From positions 1 to 64,000 of the IMG/VR virus record IMGVR_UViG_3300025600_000004: a stretch of DNA of 64,000 nucleotides; one strand, 5' to 3'. The translations under genes were made by a program, and so were the position numbers. This stretch comes from a virus (Duplodnaviria; Caudoviricetes). Of this stretch, positions 1-9,396 are shown piece after piece; the stretch's first letter is position 1; each line of letters opens with the position of its first letter. The notes under the pieces were generated by a model that saw only the letters and a list, made by a program, of their open reading frames with translations, was not told the origin of the DNA and did no database searches.

Positions 1-2
1 GT

Positions 3-356
3 GACAAAGACATCTCATTCTCAGACATAGGCAAGCTAATGATACTCTGTGGAAGCCTTCAGAAGGACACTGGCAAAATCATTAATGCCGAGGGCAACCC
101 AATGTCAATCATACAGATGGCGAATTACATCGGTGATAGTCGTCAGAATTTCTCTAAGACCATCAAAGTATTCCTAGCACAAGACCTAGTTAAGTGCGTG
201 GGTGGAGCATACTTCATAAATCCAGAGTGTGCATTCAATGGTATCAATAGGGTAAATGTCATCCAAATGGTATTCAATGGGAACATCGGCAACAATGTGG
301 TTATTAATGTTGACCAGTCTACTAAGGTAATTAATCAAATAAGCAACTATAGTTGA
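3..356 (+). CDS. RepL-like winged-helix replication/maintenance protein, 5'-truncated by window edge
   Basis: Frame is open from position 3 (DKDISFSDIGKLMIL...). HTH-like MSIIQMANYIGDSRQNFSKTIK followed by GAYFINP..F.G resembles RepL-family proteins. Confidence 0.5.
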   Translation, partial: DKDISFSDIGKLMILCGSLQKDTGKIINAEGNPMSIIQMANYIGDSRQNFSKTIKVFLAQDLVKCVGGAYFINPECAFNGINRVNVIQMVFNGNIGNNVVINVDQSTKVINQISNYS

Positions 357-459
357 CACATTCGGCAATTATAATTGCCTATGAAAACCTGCGAAGCCAC
401 GTACTATAAGGGTTCGTCAAAACGCCCTTCTTCTTCTACTGTAAACAAAGGAGGAATCT

Positions 460-660
460 ATGAACATCAAAGACTTCATTGCACAATTCAGTGATCCATA
501 CTATGAGAACTTTGAAATCCAACTGAATACCTATGATGAACGTATATTTATCAATGGATTCGATGCTGGTCATTGTAGGCCTAGGGAGTCTATGAAGCTC
601 GAAGTTACTGACATAGGATATTCTGAGAGGGTCATTAGGTTAAGCATAGCTAAGACTTAG
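460..660 (+). CDS. hypothetical protein
   Basis: AAAGGAGG RBS, 66-aa ORF. Confidence 0.7.
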   Translation: MNIKDFIAQFSDPYYENFEIQLNTYDERIFINGFDAGHCRPRESMKLEVTDIGYSERVIRLSIAKT

Positions 661-1250
661 GAGCCTATGACAAACTTAGTCTAAATCATTGCATCTAACC
701 AATGTACCTGCTAAGACTTGCATAGAAACCTAAGAGGTGCTATGGATCGAGGTATCCAATGGTCGTTCCTAACATCTTCAATACTTTATGATAGTACATC
801 TCTATGGAGTGTAGCGACATAGACCGCTTGCGGAAGCCTCGTCGTTCTCCGTTACCTTCCATAGAATACATAGTTCAACATATCAATCATTGAACAACCT
901 ATGGACACAACCATCATAGGAAACCAATGTATCATATGAAATCTATGACTAGCTATGGACTGCTTAGTAGGAACGCTGACGCGCTTTGCTTGTCGGTCAG
1001 CTATCGCTTCCCAAACGATTATCATACAATATCATTGATAATATGTATAGTCCTCAGCACCTAAGCGTCCATCGTCCCACTAAGGCTCACATAGATTCAT
1101 TGAACACCATCCAATGTTACCTATGAAACCCTTAGTACCCGATGGTTAACTTAGAACACAAAGGAGTGATCCAATGAACATCTTAATCCTCACTGACCTT
1201 CGCATCCCAAGGCAATAATCTCCAATGGCTCCATTGTACAGCTTGGAACC
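661..1250. other. largely non-coding region, candidate replication origin
   Basis: No ORF of 60 aa or more starts here; 11 CTATG/CATAG pentamers in 665-957; hairpin at 970-1014 shared with 47803-47856. Confidence 0.35.
970..1014 (+). repeat. repeat C hairpin, copy 1
   Basis: GGAACGCTGACGC...CTTGTCGGTCAGCTATCGCTTCCCAA; GCTGAC/GTCAGC stem. Confidence 0.8.
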
Positions 1251-1666
1251 ATGTCGAGACTAATGGGCATCAGAGCATCCAAAGTCATAATCTATGAACC
1301 ACCTATGAAAGATCACATAGCAAAGCTTAGATACTATGACTGGCTTAGGAGTACAGTGATATTTGCTACAGCACACGATGTCATCTTCGTATACGTTCGA
1401 GGGAAGAACATAGTATTCACTGCAGATAGTCGTAGTCAATTCTATGAATACTCCAAGGAGGTGATCCAATGTTAACCATATGGTATTTCCATGAAGCAGA
1501 CCATAGATGGTTCAGTGACTCCTATGTCCACCTAAGCCGTTCCAAGCATCGTAGGTGGCACAATGAGCACAAAGCAGTCCATGATATCAAAGCTAAATAT
1601 GGCATATCTTAGGTGTAAAGCTATGTATGTCAGTGAAGGAACAATGTAAATACGAGGAGGAATACT

Positions 1667-3022
1667 ATGAAAGTCTATGTAGTCTACGAATCAATCCCTG
1701 TAATTCTCGGAACAACCACAGTATCATCCTATGAGCAACTTCGATTCATAGGACTAACCAGAGCATCAGCGCAGGGCTTTAGAGATGCCAATAACCACTA
1801 TGACTCAATCATCGGAACATGGGAGGTAACCCAATGATAAACCACACAGTCCAAGGCTCCATCGACACTGCCGTGAACATCACCGAGGCAATCTCAATGC
1901 TGACATCGAAGTACAAGGGTACTACTAAGTTGAACATTGAACTCAAAGAAATAACCACGACTAAGCCTAGACCACCAATGGTTGATTATGTTACGAAGCG
2001 ATTCTATGAATTTACTTTGGAATATAAGGAGGAATCCCTATGAAATTCAGAGCACTCCCACGATCCATCCCAGTATACACATTGAAAGATGCAAGGAGGC
2101 ACGTTAGGAATTCAATGGATGACAGTGAACTCTTAGAAGTCATCGTATACCTATGGTCAGCCATCGTAATAGTCCCAGCATTCCTATGCTGCTTCATTGC
2201 TCACTTTGTGAAATGTCTATGGACTGTCGTGAGGTACTGCACGTATTCATTGAGCGAAGCAGAGGAAGCTGCGGTGGCGATGGTACTAAGGAACAAGGCT
2301 ACCGAGACGACCAAGCCATCCAATGCCACAACCTAGGCAATCCTATGGACACAATGGCAACCACGCACCAGCGTCCTTCTAGGTAGGTACAATGGTAATA
2401 TAAGGAGGTAAGCGATGAACATCAGTGACATTAAATCTAAGTATAACAAGGTATCTGATAAGTATTCATGTAATCTCTATGGATACCTAAAGAAGTTTAA
2501 CACAGTAGATCTTATGCGCCATCGCGTCCTATGGGATCAAACTGATGGTAAACCGTTGCATCCAATGAATATCTATATGCTCCAGGGCGGTCACGGAACT
2601 ACCTTGTTAAACATTATGTGGAAGCAATGGAATAAATACTGGTGGCAACCAGAACGCATCAAAGGGTACATTGATATTACAGAGGAGTTCTGGAAGGACT
2701 ATATTTCCAAGGGACGTTGCATATTCGATGTCAGTCATAGTACTCACTGGGAAGGCGATGAGCAAAGGTTTACAATAATAGACGATGACACCAAGGAGTG
2801 TCAATGGTGCGGTGCAGTGCTTAGGAGAACTGTGGATACGGTGGTTACCGAGGTGGAGCATTGGGAGGTGGAACAATGAATTTCCAAGACATCATAAGAA
2901 AGCTCGACGAACACAATGACTCACTCTTGCAAATCATAGCTGACCAAGAAGAAACCATAGATAGTCTCAATGAGCGCATAGAATTCCTAGAAGAAACCGT
3001 GAGTGATCTAATGGATGAATAA
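1667..3022 (+). other. cluster of small hypothetical genes (1667-1837, 1834-2043, 2040-2336, 2415-2879, 2876-3022)
   Basis: GGAGG RBSs and ATGA overlaps; no recognised motifs. Confidence 0.7.
2366..2395 (+). repeat. repeat B copy 1
   Basis: CACCAGCGTCCTTCTAGGTAGGTACAATGG. Confidence 0.88.
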
Positions 3023-3054
3023 GGCACTACTACGCGAGTAATGACAGTTGCGAC

Positions 3055-3086
3055 CATCCATGCCCTCCCTGTTGCCCAATGTTTCC
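3055..3086 (+). repeat. repeat A copy 1
   Basis: CATCCATGCCCTCCCTGTTGCCCAATGTTTCC. Confidence 0.7.
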
Positions 3087-3195
3087 ACACTGGACACTTA
3101 GTATAGACATAGATGCCAAAGACGCACCAGCGGAGTGCTAGGATGGTTGTAGGTGATTCTAGGAGCTAAACTATGATAGACGAAGGAGATAACTT

Positions 3196-3831
3196 ATGAA
3201 TATCAAAGGATCAACACCGCCTGTTCCATCGAAGACGAAGAATCCCCTGCAAGGGTCATCGCAACACAAAGTAATAACCCTCGGCATCCAAGATGAGGTC
3301 AAGGAAGGCTTAGATGCTGGCACTGGAGTCAATGCTCTAGCGAAGACTCTGAATGCTACGATACTCAAGGATTCTAAGGTCAAGATCAGTGGCATGGGGA
3401 TTCTTAGGTGGGCTGATAAGTATTACAGTGAAGGCCAAAGGGAAACTACGGAACACGCTGTTAACCTATATAGTCACTACGTTGAAATGCTGAATCAGAT
3501 CAGTAAGCAGATGGATGTCCAGTCGGTCTGCATCCACGATTTGTCAAAGAAGTCCGAGGAGTCCGTAGATGACATTATGAACACCAGCAAAGCACTCAAC
3601 GCTTCGATGTTGACATGGGAGAAGCTGGGAGCTAGGAAAATTGTGTTGCTACAGACACTAGGTTCCATCCAAGAGAAGGTCTATGGATACATCGCTGCCT
3701 CGGAGGTCGTTGATATTACAATGAAGGCAGTGAAGGACAAGGATGCGGAGTTGTACTCGGAAATCAAGGCGATTCTTAGTACAAACGCTGAGTACATGGA
3801 GTTGTTTCGTAAGATACAACCTGAGAAGTAA
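3196..3831 (+). CDS. hypothetical coiled-coil protein, possibly terminase small subunit
   Basis: 211 aa with AAGGAG RBS; helical N-terminus then coiled coil; lies upstream of TerL, and no other TerS candidate was seen. Confidence 0.35.
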   Translation: MNIKGSTPPVPSKTKNPLQGSSQHKVITLGIQDEVKEGLDAGTGVNALAKTLNATILKDSKVKISGMGILRWADKYYSEGQRETTEHAVNLYSHYVEMLNQISKQMDVQSVCIHDLSKKSEESVDDIMNTSKALNASMLTWEKLGARKIVLLQTLGSIQEKVYGYIAASEVVDITMKAVKDKDAELYSEIKAILSTNAEYMELFRKIQPEK

Positions 3832-3990
3832 CGACACAAACTAGGTGGAGACGAGGGATAGACTAGGGACGAACCTAGGTGTGGCAAGGGTTCCTGGGTA
3901 GGGAATCAAAGTGTGCATTGTTTCTATGTAAGGTTATTTAAGCAATGGATTCCAAAGAAACAAGTGACACAACAGAATATCATTAGTAAT

Positions 3991-4058
3991 ACACAGGCAA
4001 CCTTGGAGTTATAAACCAAGGATACTCAGATGCATACCTGAGTTGCCTGTGTTTTCTT
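3991..4058 (+). terminator. branched hairpin followed by U-tract
   Basis: ACACAGGCAAC (3991-4001) pairs with GTTGCCTGTGT (4042-4052), enclosing CTTGG/CCAAG and CTCAG/CTGAG stems; TTTCTT follows. Confidence 0.55.
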
Positions 4059-4101
4059 ATGTCCATATGTATGCAAAGAATACGAAGGGTGGTATGCAAA
4101 G

Positions 4102-4947
4102 ATGGGACGCAGACTGACAATAGAACTATTACAAAGTGAATTCAAAGAAAGAGGTTATCAATTACTCGAGACAAAGTATTTAGGAACAGCAGTACCAATG
4201 AGATATTTATGTAGTACTCATGGAGAACAAACAATTAGATATACTAATTTCTATATGGGCAAAGGCTGTAGACAATGTTCAAGCGAAGATAATGGAATTA
4301 AATCTCGACTTGATTATTCTATAGTAGAGAAGGAATTTACAGATGCTAATTACGAATTATTGCCCAATCAATTATATACTGGAGTACACTGCAAACTAAA
4401 ATATATTTGCAAACAACATGGGCTCCAAGAAATTGATTATACACATCTAACACGTGGTCAAGGATGTTTTGAATGTGGTCGTGGGAAAATATCAATATTA
4501 AAATCAGGAGAAAATAACCACAACTTTGGCAAAATAGGGAAAGATTCTATAAATTGGAAAGGTGGAATCACTCAATTAAGTGAACATCTTCGTAAACTAA
4601 TAATCCCTTGGATAACTGATAGTATGAAACAATGTAATTTTAAGTGTATTATAACTAACAGTGAAGATTGGCATGTTCATCATTTAACTTCGTTCAATAT
4701 AATAGTAAGGCGAACAATGGATGAACTAAAATTGCCAATACATCAAAATATTGGAGATTATACAACACAAGAGCTTAATGATATAAATACAAGATGTTTG
4801 CAATTACATTATAAATATGGACTTGGAGTATGTTTGGACAAAACCTTACATGCTCTTTTTCATTCTCAATACAAATTTGGAGACAACACACCTGAGCAGT
4901 TCCAAGAATTCCAACAAAGGTACTTATCTGGAGAATTCAAAGAATAA
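4102..4947 (+). CDS. free-standing HNH-type homing endonuclease with Zn-finger repeats (paralog 1)
   Basis: Repeated C..HG.Q.I.Y..L..G.GC..C, NWKGGIT, HVHH...H.LFH; AT-rich; homologous to 12874 and 15298. Confidence 0.75.
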   Translation: MGRRLTIELLQSEFKERGYQLLETKYLGTAVPMRYLCSTHGEQTIRYTNFYMGKGCRQCSSEDNGIKSRLDYSIVEKEFTDANYELLPNQLYTGVHCKLKYICKQHGLQEIDYTHLTRGQGCFECGRGKISILKSGENNHNFGKIGKDSINWKGGITQLSEHLRKLIIPWITDSMKQCNFKCIITNSEDWHVHHLTSFNIIVRRTMDELKLPIHQNIGDYTTQELNDINTRCLQLHYKYGLGVCLDKTLHALFHSQYKFGDNTPEQFQEFQQRYLSGEFKE

Positions 4948-4968
4948 TAAACTTAGGGAGGAACACAA

Positions 4969-5703
4969 ATGGCAAAGAAGCAGTTTATACCTACATTCAT
5001 CAAAGAGGAAAGAAAGCCAGCACCAACAAACCACTATGATGCGCCCATACCCATCACATCGAATCATAAACTTATGCACAATATCCTAAAAGACTGGAGT
5101 AAGAAAGTTGTGCTAATTACAGGATTCGCAGGAACTGGAAAATCCATTTGTTCATGTTATTACGCAGCACAAGCTCTTAAGGAAGATAAGGTAAACGGCA
5201 TAATTATCATAAGAAGCCTCTGTGGCATCGGCAAAGACCCTGGAGCATTGCCTGGCGATGTTCTTGCTAAGAATTTACCGAAGGTTTCGCAGTTCCTTAA
5301 GTACATCTCAGCATTCACAGGTATAGATACCACGACACTTATACAGAATGACATGGTAACCATCGAGGGACTACACGACATCCAAGGACAAGATTGGTCT
5401 AATAAATATGTAATTGTGACTGAATCGCAGACTCTTGGCCCTTCTGAGATGTACATCTTGGTTTCCAGAGGTGCAGAGAAGATCGTATTTGATGGAGACA
5501 CATTGAATCGTGGACAAGCGTCGAATAAAGCAGTTAAGTATGGCAGAGATGGTCTTAGTTTTTTACTGGACGTACTCAAGGGTTTACCTTTTGTAGCTAG
5601 TGTAAAACTTAGCAACATTGATGATATAGTTCGTAAAGACTACATTAGAGATATCATTCTTAGGATTACACCTAAGTTAGATGAGTGGTTAGATTCTAAG
5701 TAA
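4969..5703 (+). CDS. phoH: PhoH-like ATPase
   Basis: Walker A GFAGTGKS, IIIRS, G.LPG, FDGD..Q and DIVR motifs. Confidence 0.85.
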   Translation: MAKKQFIPTFIKEERKPAPTNHYDAPIPITSNHKLMHNILKDWSKKVVLITGFAGTGKSICSCYYAAQALKEDKVNGIIIIRSLCGIGKDPGALPGDVLAKNLPKVSQFLKYISAFTGIDTTTLIQNDMVTIEGLHDIQGQDWSNKYVIVTESQTLGPSEMYILVSRGAEKIVFDGDTLNRGQASNKAVKYGRDGLSFLLDVLKGLPFVASVKLSNIDDIVRKDYIRDIILRITPKLDEWLDSK

Positions 5704-5773
5704 CAACCCAAAGTGTCAATTATAGGCATCCAGGGAGTCCTGAGATGACCACGGACATACAAAGGAGACTACT

Positions 5774-5962
5774 ATGAACATTACATTGAAATTTACACCA
5801 GAATACGCAGAGGCACTGTTGACAATCCTCGAAGCCTCAGCATTTCCTATGGCTTCCCTGGAACTCGAAGTAGCTCAGGAAACACACTTCGCTATCGTTG
5901 AGGCCTTAGAAGACCTTGAAGACGAGGGATTCTGCGAAGACTGCGGATGTCCACTGCATTAA
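5774..5962 (+). CDS. hypothetical protein
   Basis: AAAGGAG RBS; C-terminal CxxC..C. Confidence 0.65.
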   Translation: MNITLKFTPEYAEALLTILEASAFPMASLELEVAQETHFAIVEALEDLEDEGFCEDCGCPLH

Positions 5963-6198
5963 CAAAGCAAGCTAAGGACTCTGCGGGTTAATCCCTGCCC
6001 TCCTTGGCAAACACAATGGCGACTTAGCCATCCTAAGAATTTCATAGGTAGATTAAGATCCCATGGACTGTCATTGCGACTCCATGGGTTCTTTGCTGTG
6101 CCCGTGAGCACGAGGACTTTACATCCTTATGAGATGGAGCGATGATAGCCAGGGTATTCTCCTGGCACTCCACCATTGATATTTAAGGAGTGATCTGT

Positions 6199-7236
6199 AT
6201 TAACAATGCACTAACATTAGCAAAATCAGAGATGTTCGGTGGAATCCTATGTGACCTTTACAAAGCTGGTGAAGATATTCTTATGACTCGCAAGCAAATC
6301 GGTGAGTCACTTGGATACGCTGATCCTCAGAAGGCCATTGATAACCTGCATTCAAAACATAGAAATAGACTAGACAAATACTCAGTTACCCTCGAAGTGA
6401 GGGGAGCTGACGGAAAGTTATATGATACCGCACTATACTCAACCAAAGGAATTTATGAGGTATGCCGATGGAGCAAACAAGAGAAAGCCAATGGATTCGT
6501 TGACTGGCTTTGGGATGTCGTTGAATCTATCCGTAAGACTGGGAGCTATACATTGAATGACATTGTTCCTATGCTTGATACGATCACCAAGAGACTCGAA
6601 GCATCCGAAGCTAACAATGCCAATACTCAAGCATCCTTAGACAAACTCAATGACAATATCGCAATTCGCCGATACCAAGACCCGAAGGCAATGCTGAAAG
6701 CCCTTGATGTTCGCTATGGAGCTGTCATAGGAAACTATTACACCCGCGGATTCTATGATGCCATTGCTAACTACCTTGGAATCCCAGTACCCAAGGGTGA
6801 CGATATACCCAAAGGAATGCACCTATGGGAATACATAATTGCAAAGCTACCAATGGATCACATTGAATCATTTGTCATCGGTGTTGAGCATGGAACCATA
6901 GTTAAATCCAAAGCTAAAAACTGGGTTAATCTCAATGGATATGCTGCGGATCGACAATGGGACAAGATATTGGAATCCTTTGGTCACACCTGTGCCTACT
7001 GCGGAAAGAGCCACTATGTATCAACGCTTGTCGCGGAGCACATTGTGGCACAAAGCACTATTGCACAGTTTGACGTAGATAGTTGTCATTTACCACAGAA
7101 TATTGTACCGAGTTGTCCAGAGTGCAACCACAGCAAATACACGCATCCGATGGAACTATGGTATAAACATCAGCCATTCTATGATGAGCAGCGATATCAG
7201 AAGATATTGAGACACATTGCAAAATACCTAGTTTAA
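6199..7236 (+). CDS. Bro-N domain protein fused to C-terminal HNH endonuclease
   Basis: N-terminal MTRKQIGESLGYADPQKAI..LH (Bro-N); C-terminal CAYCG...EHI....NIVPSCPECNHSK. Start is probably ATT 6199; the ORF track uses GTG 6190. Confidence 0.8.
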   Translation: MNNALTLAKSEMFGGILCDLYKAGEDILMTRKQIGESLGYADPQKAIDNLHSKHRNRLDKYSVTLEVRGADGKLYDTALYSTKGIYEVCRWSKQEKANGFVDWLWDVVESIRKTGSYTLNDIVPMLDTITKRLEASEANNANTQASLDKLNDNIAIRRYQDPKAMLKALDVRYGAVIGNYYTRGFYDAIANYLGIPVPKGDDIPKGMHLWEYIIAKLPMDHIESFVIGVEHGTIVKSKAKNWVNLNGYAADRQWDKILESFGHTCAYCGKSHYVSTLVAEHIVAQSTIAQFDVDSCHLPQNIVPSCPECNHSKYTHPMELWYKHQPFYDEQRYQKILRHIAKYLV

Positions 7237-7282
7237 CCCACGCGAACAAAGGAAACCTCGAATCCCTCAGTCACCCACTATG

Positions 7283-7311
7283 ATAATACCACGGAATCCA
7301 CTGGAAGTCAA
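7283..7311 (-). promoter_or_regulatory. sigmaA-type promoter, antisense toward the Bro-N/HNH gene
   Basis: Minus strand TTGACT-17-TATTAT with extended TG. Confidence 0.55.
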
Positions 7312-7402
7312 GTTGTGATCGTGCCAGAGTGCCCAAGGTAATTCTTGGACATTCCCACATGACCATGAGCAATAATCCATGGTTCCTTCCAATTCCTCCT
7401 CC

Positions 7403-7478
7403 GCTGAAGTAGCTCAGTTGGCAGAGCACCTGATTTGTAATCAGGATGTCGCAGGTTCGATGCCTGTCTTCAGCTCCA
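7403..7478 (+). tRNA. trnT: tRNA-Thr(UGU)
   Basis: GCTGAAG/CTTCAGC acceptor stem, GCTC/GAGC D-arm, CCTGA-TTTGTAA-TCAGG anticodon arm, GCAGG-TTCGATG-CCTGT T-arm, encoded CCA; 76 nt. Confidence 0.97.
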
Positions 7479-7487
7479 TAAGAAACA

Positions 7488-7519
7488 AAGGAGTCTCAAT
7501 GTAATTATTGAGACTCCTT
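7488..7519. terminator. perfect hairpin, likely bidirectional terminator
   Basis: AAGGAGTCTCAAT-gtaatt-ATTGAGACTCCTT between the tRNA and a convergent gene. Confidence 0.75.
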
Positions 7520-7684
7520 ATTATATTTGGTATCCAAGAAGTCGTTAACGATCTTCTGTAGTAGGGCGTTCATGGACATTCCTCTATTCATAACTATTCT
7601 TTGAACATTATTGAATGGCTCGGGTTCTAGTCTTAGACTATACTTCTTGAAGTCCTTAGCGACCCTATGGTTTCTCGGCATCAT
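7505..7684 (-). CDS. Arc/ribbon-helix-helix DNA-binding protein (59 aa, below ORF-track cutoff)
   Basis: MMPRNHRVAKDFKKYSLRLEPEPFNNVQRIVMNRGMSMNALLQKIVNDFL; AAGGAGTGA RBS; divergent from TerL. Confidence 0.7.
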   Translation of the reverse strand: MMPRNHRVAKDFKKYSLRLEPEPFNNVQRIVMNRGMSMNALLQKIVNDFLDTKYNKESQ

Positions 7685-7751
7685 TAATCACTCCTTAGTA
7701 CCGCAATGATACCACAGTAATTAACTAATAACAATGAAAGGCGGTGATTCC

Positions 7752-9392
7752 TTGGGGTCATTCTTGGAAGAGTTGTTCAAAGATATACCTAATGATCCAC
7801 AGGGGTCACTCTCTGAATTACAAAAGCAATCCGATAAAGAACGATGTCGCTATGATCTCGTAGAATTTGTTAAGACATACCTAAGCGATACTGGAGACGA
7901 ATTAGATGCCATGTGTTCCTTCCACCTTGAGATCGCAGCTCGCCTTGAATCCGTGGCATTGGCTAAAGATAAAACTACTGAATCATGCATAATGTCGCCA
8001 AGGGGCCATGGCAAAAGTTTTTGGACATCCTATGCTTTTCCAATATGGTGTGCAGCGTATTCTCACACAAAGAATATCCTCTTAGTCACCAATGAAAATT
8101 CATTGGGTCGCCAGTTTATCATCGACATTCGGCAATTCCTTGAAGACAACGAAAAATTTATTGAAGACTTTGGTAATCTCATGGGAAGTGTCATATGGAC
8201 ATCTGAGAAATTAGCATGCTCCAATGGATTCTGTATTTCGACGAAGGGTTCTGGAGCTTCTCTACGGGGAGTTAAGATGTTCGGTGTGCGCCCTACAGCT
8301 ATAATCTGCGACGATTTGCTCAGTTCGGAAAACTCTGGGACACCTGAGCAACGCAAAAAGCTCTATGACTGGTATACCAAAGTTTTAGTCAAGTGTGCAT
8401 CAAAGTTTTGCAATCTATTTGTTATTGGGACACCCCAAGGAGATGCAGATTTGATCTCAATGATGTTTTCCTCAGAGCAGTTCAGTGATTATTACACTAA
8501 GAAATACCAAGCAGTCATGGAGTACTCAGAGAGTGACCTTTGGGATGAATGGTCTAACCGAAGGAATGACCTAAGTAATCCTAATAGAACAAAGGATGCA
8601 GATGATTTTTACTTTGCTAACAGGGAAACTATGCTACAAGGGACTTCTGTGCTCTGGGATCGATACGAAGATACTTACCTTGTTCTAATGAAGGAAAAGC
8701 AAAAGTTAGGCACTGAAGCATGGGCTTCTGAGATGATGTGCGAGGCACTCGATGAAGAATCCAGGGAATTCCAGGAAGATTGGATACAGAAATGTCTCTA
8801 TGATATCGACGACCTCCCTGAGCTCACTGATATTTACATCGGTGTCGATGCTGCTGCGACTGCCCATAGAACATCAGATGATGCTGCGATAGTCGTAGTT
8901 GGCAAAGGAATTGACCGATATCTATATGTTCTCGATGTATTTGCTAAGAAAATCAATGTGGATGGACTTAGTGATCAGATGGTCGCCTTTGGTGCTCAAT
9001 ATTATTCAAAGATCAAAAGGATACATATTGAAGACGTAGTGTTCCAAATTTTAGTCAAAGACATTATGGATAGGCGAGCGATGGATTCGGGATTATATCT
9101 ACCATTCGAAGGAATGAAAGTTGCAGGGCTTGGTAAAAAGCAAGTAAAACTAAGAAGCCTATGTGTCCCAGTTCGCAATGGTCATATACGATTCCGCAAA
9201 GATCACAGAAGGCTCATCGAAGAAATGCGAAGATTTCCAAAGGGGAAGAGCGATAATGTCCTCGATGCTCTATGGATTGCTACGGTTGGAATTATAGGTG
9301 GCAACGCACAGTCCTTCGCATTTACATCGCTATCATCGGTTCCACAGAAGAAACAAAGTAACCCACTAAACAACATATTCGCAAGGAGGTGA
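7752..9392 (+). CDS. terL: terminase large subunit
   Basis: Walker A PRGHGKS, Walker B IICDDL, nuclease YIGVD and DNVLDA; TTG start after AAAGGCGGTGA. Confidence 0.93.
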   Translation: MGSFLEELFKDIPNDPQGSLSELQKQSDKERCRYDLVEFVKTYLSDTGDELDAMCSFHLEIAARLESVALAKDKTTESCIMSPRGHGKSFWTSYAFPIWCAAYSHTKNILLVTNENSLGRQFIIDIRQFLEDNEKFIEDFGNLMGSVIWTSEKLACSNGFCISTKGSGASLRGVKMFGVRPTAIICDDLLSSENSGTPEQRKKLYDWYTKVLVKCASKFCNLFVIGTPQGDADLISMMFSSEQFSDYYTKKYQAVMEYSESDLWDEWSNRRNDLSNPNRTKDADDFYFANRETMLQGTSVLWDRYEDTYLVLMKEKQKLGTEAWASEMMCEALDEESREFQEDWIQKCLYDIDDLPELTDIYIGVDAAATAHRTSDDAAIVVVGKGIDRYLYVLDVFAKKINVDGLSDQMVAFGAQYYSKIKRIHIEDVVFQILVKDIMDRRAMDSGLYLPFEGMKVAGLGKKQVKLRSLCVPVRNGHIRFRKDHRRLIEEMRRFPKGKSDNVLDALWIATVGIIGGNAQSFAFTSLSSVPQKKQSNPLNNIFARR

Positions 9393-9396
9393 TACA

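Noticed and set aside
1251-1475. 74-aa ORF as a confident gene
   Set aside because: Weak RBS and no motif; may be real but is unsupported.
5400-5430. PhoH Walker B reads VTESQ rather than IDEAQ
   Set aside because: A single substitution seen by eye; it cannot be called inactivation without an alignment of phage PhoH proteins.
6136-6175. tmRNA or second tRNA gene (ends CTCCACCA)
   Set aside because: No GGGG 5' end, no TTCRA T-loop, no D or anticodon arm. Kept only as a candidate ncRNA.
7403-7478. tRNA-Thr as the attachment site
   Set aside because: It is far from int, and arm-type repeats place attP next to int.
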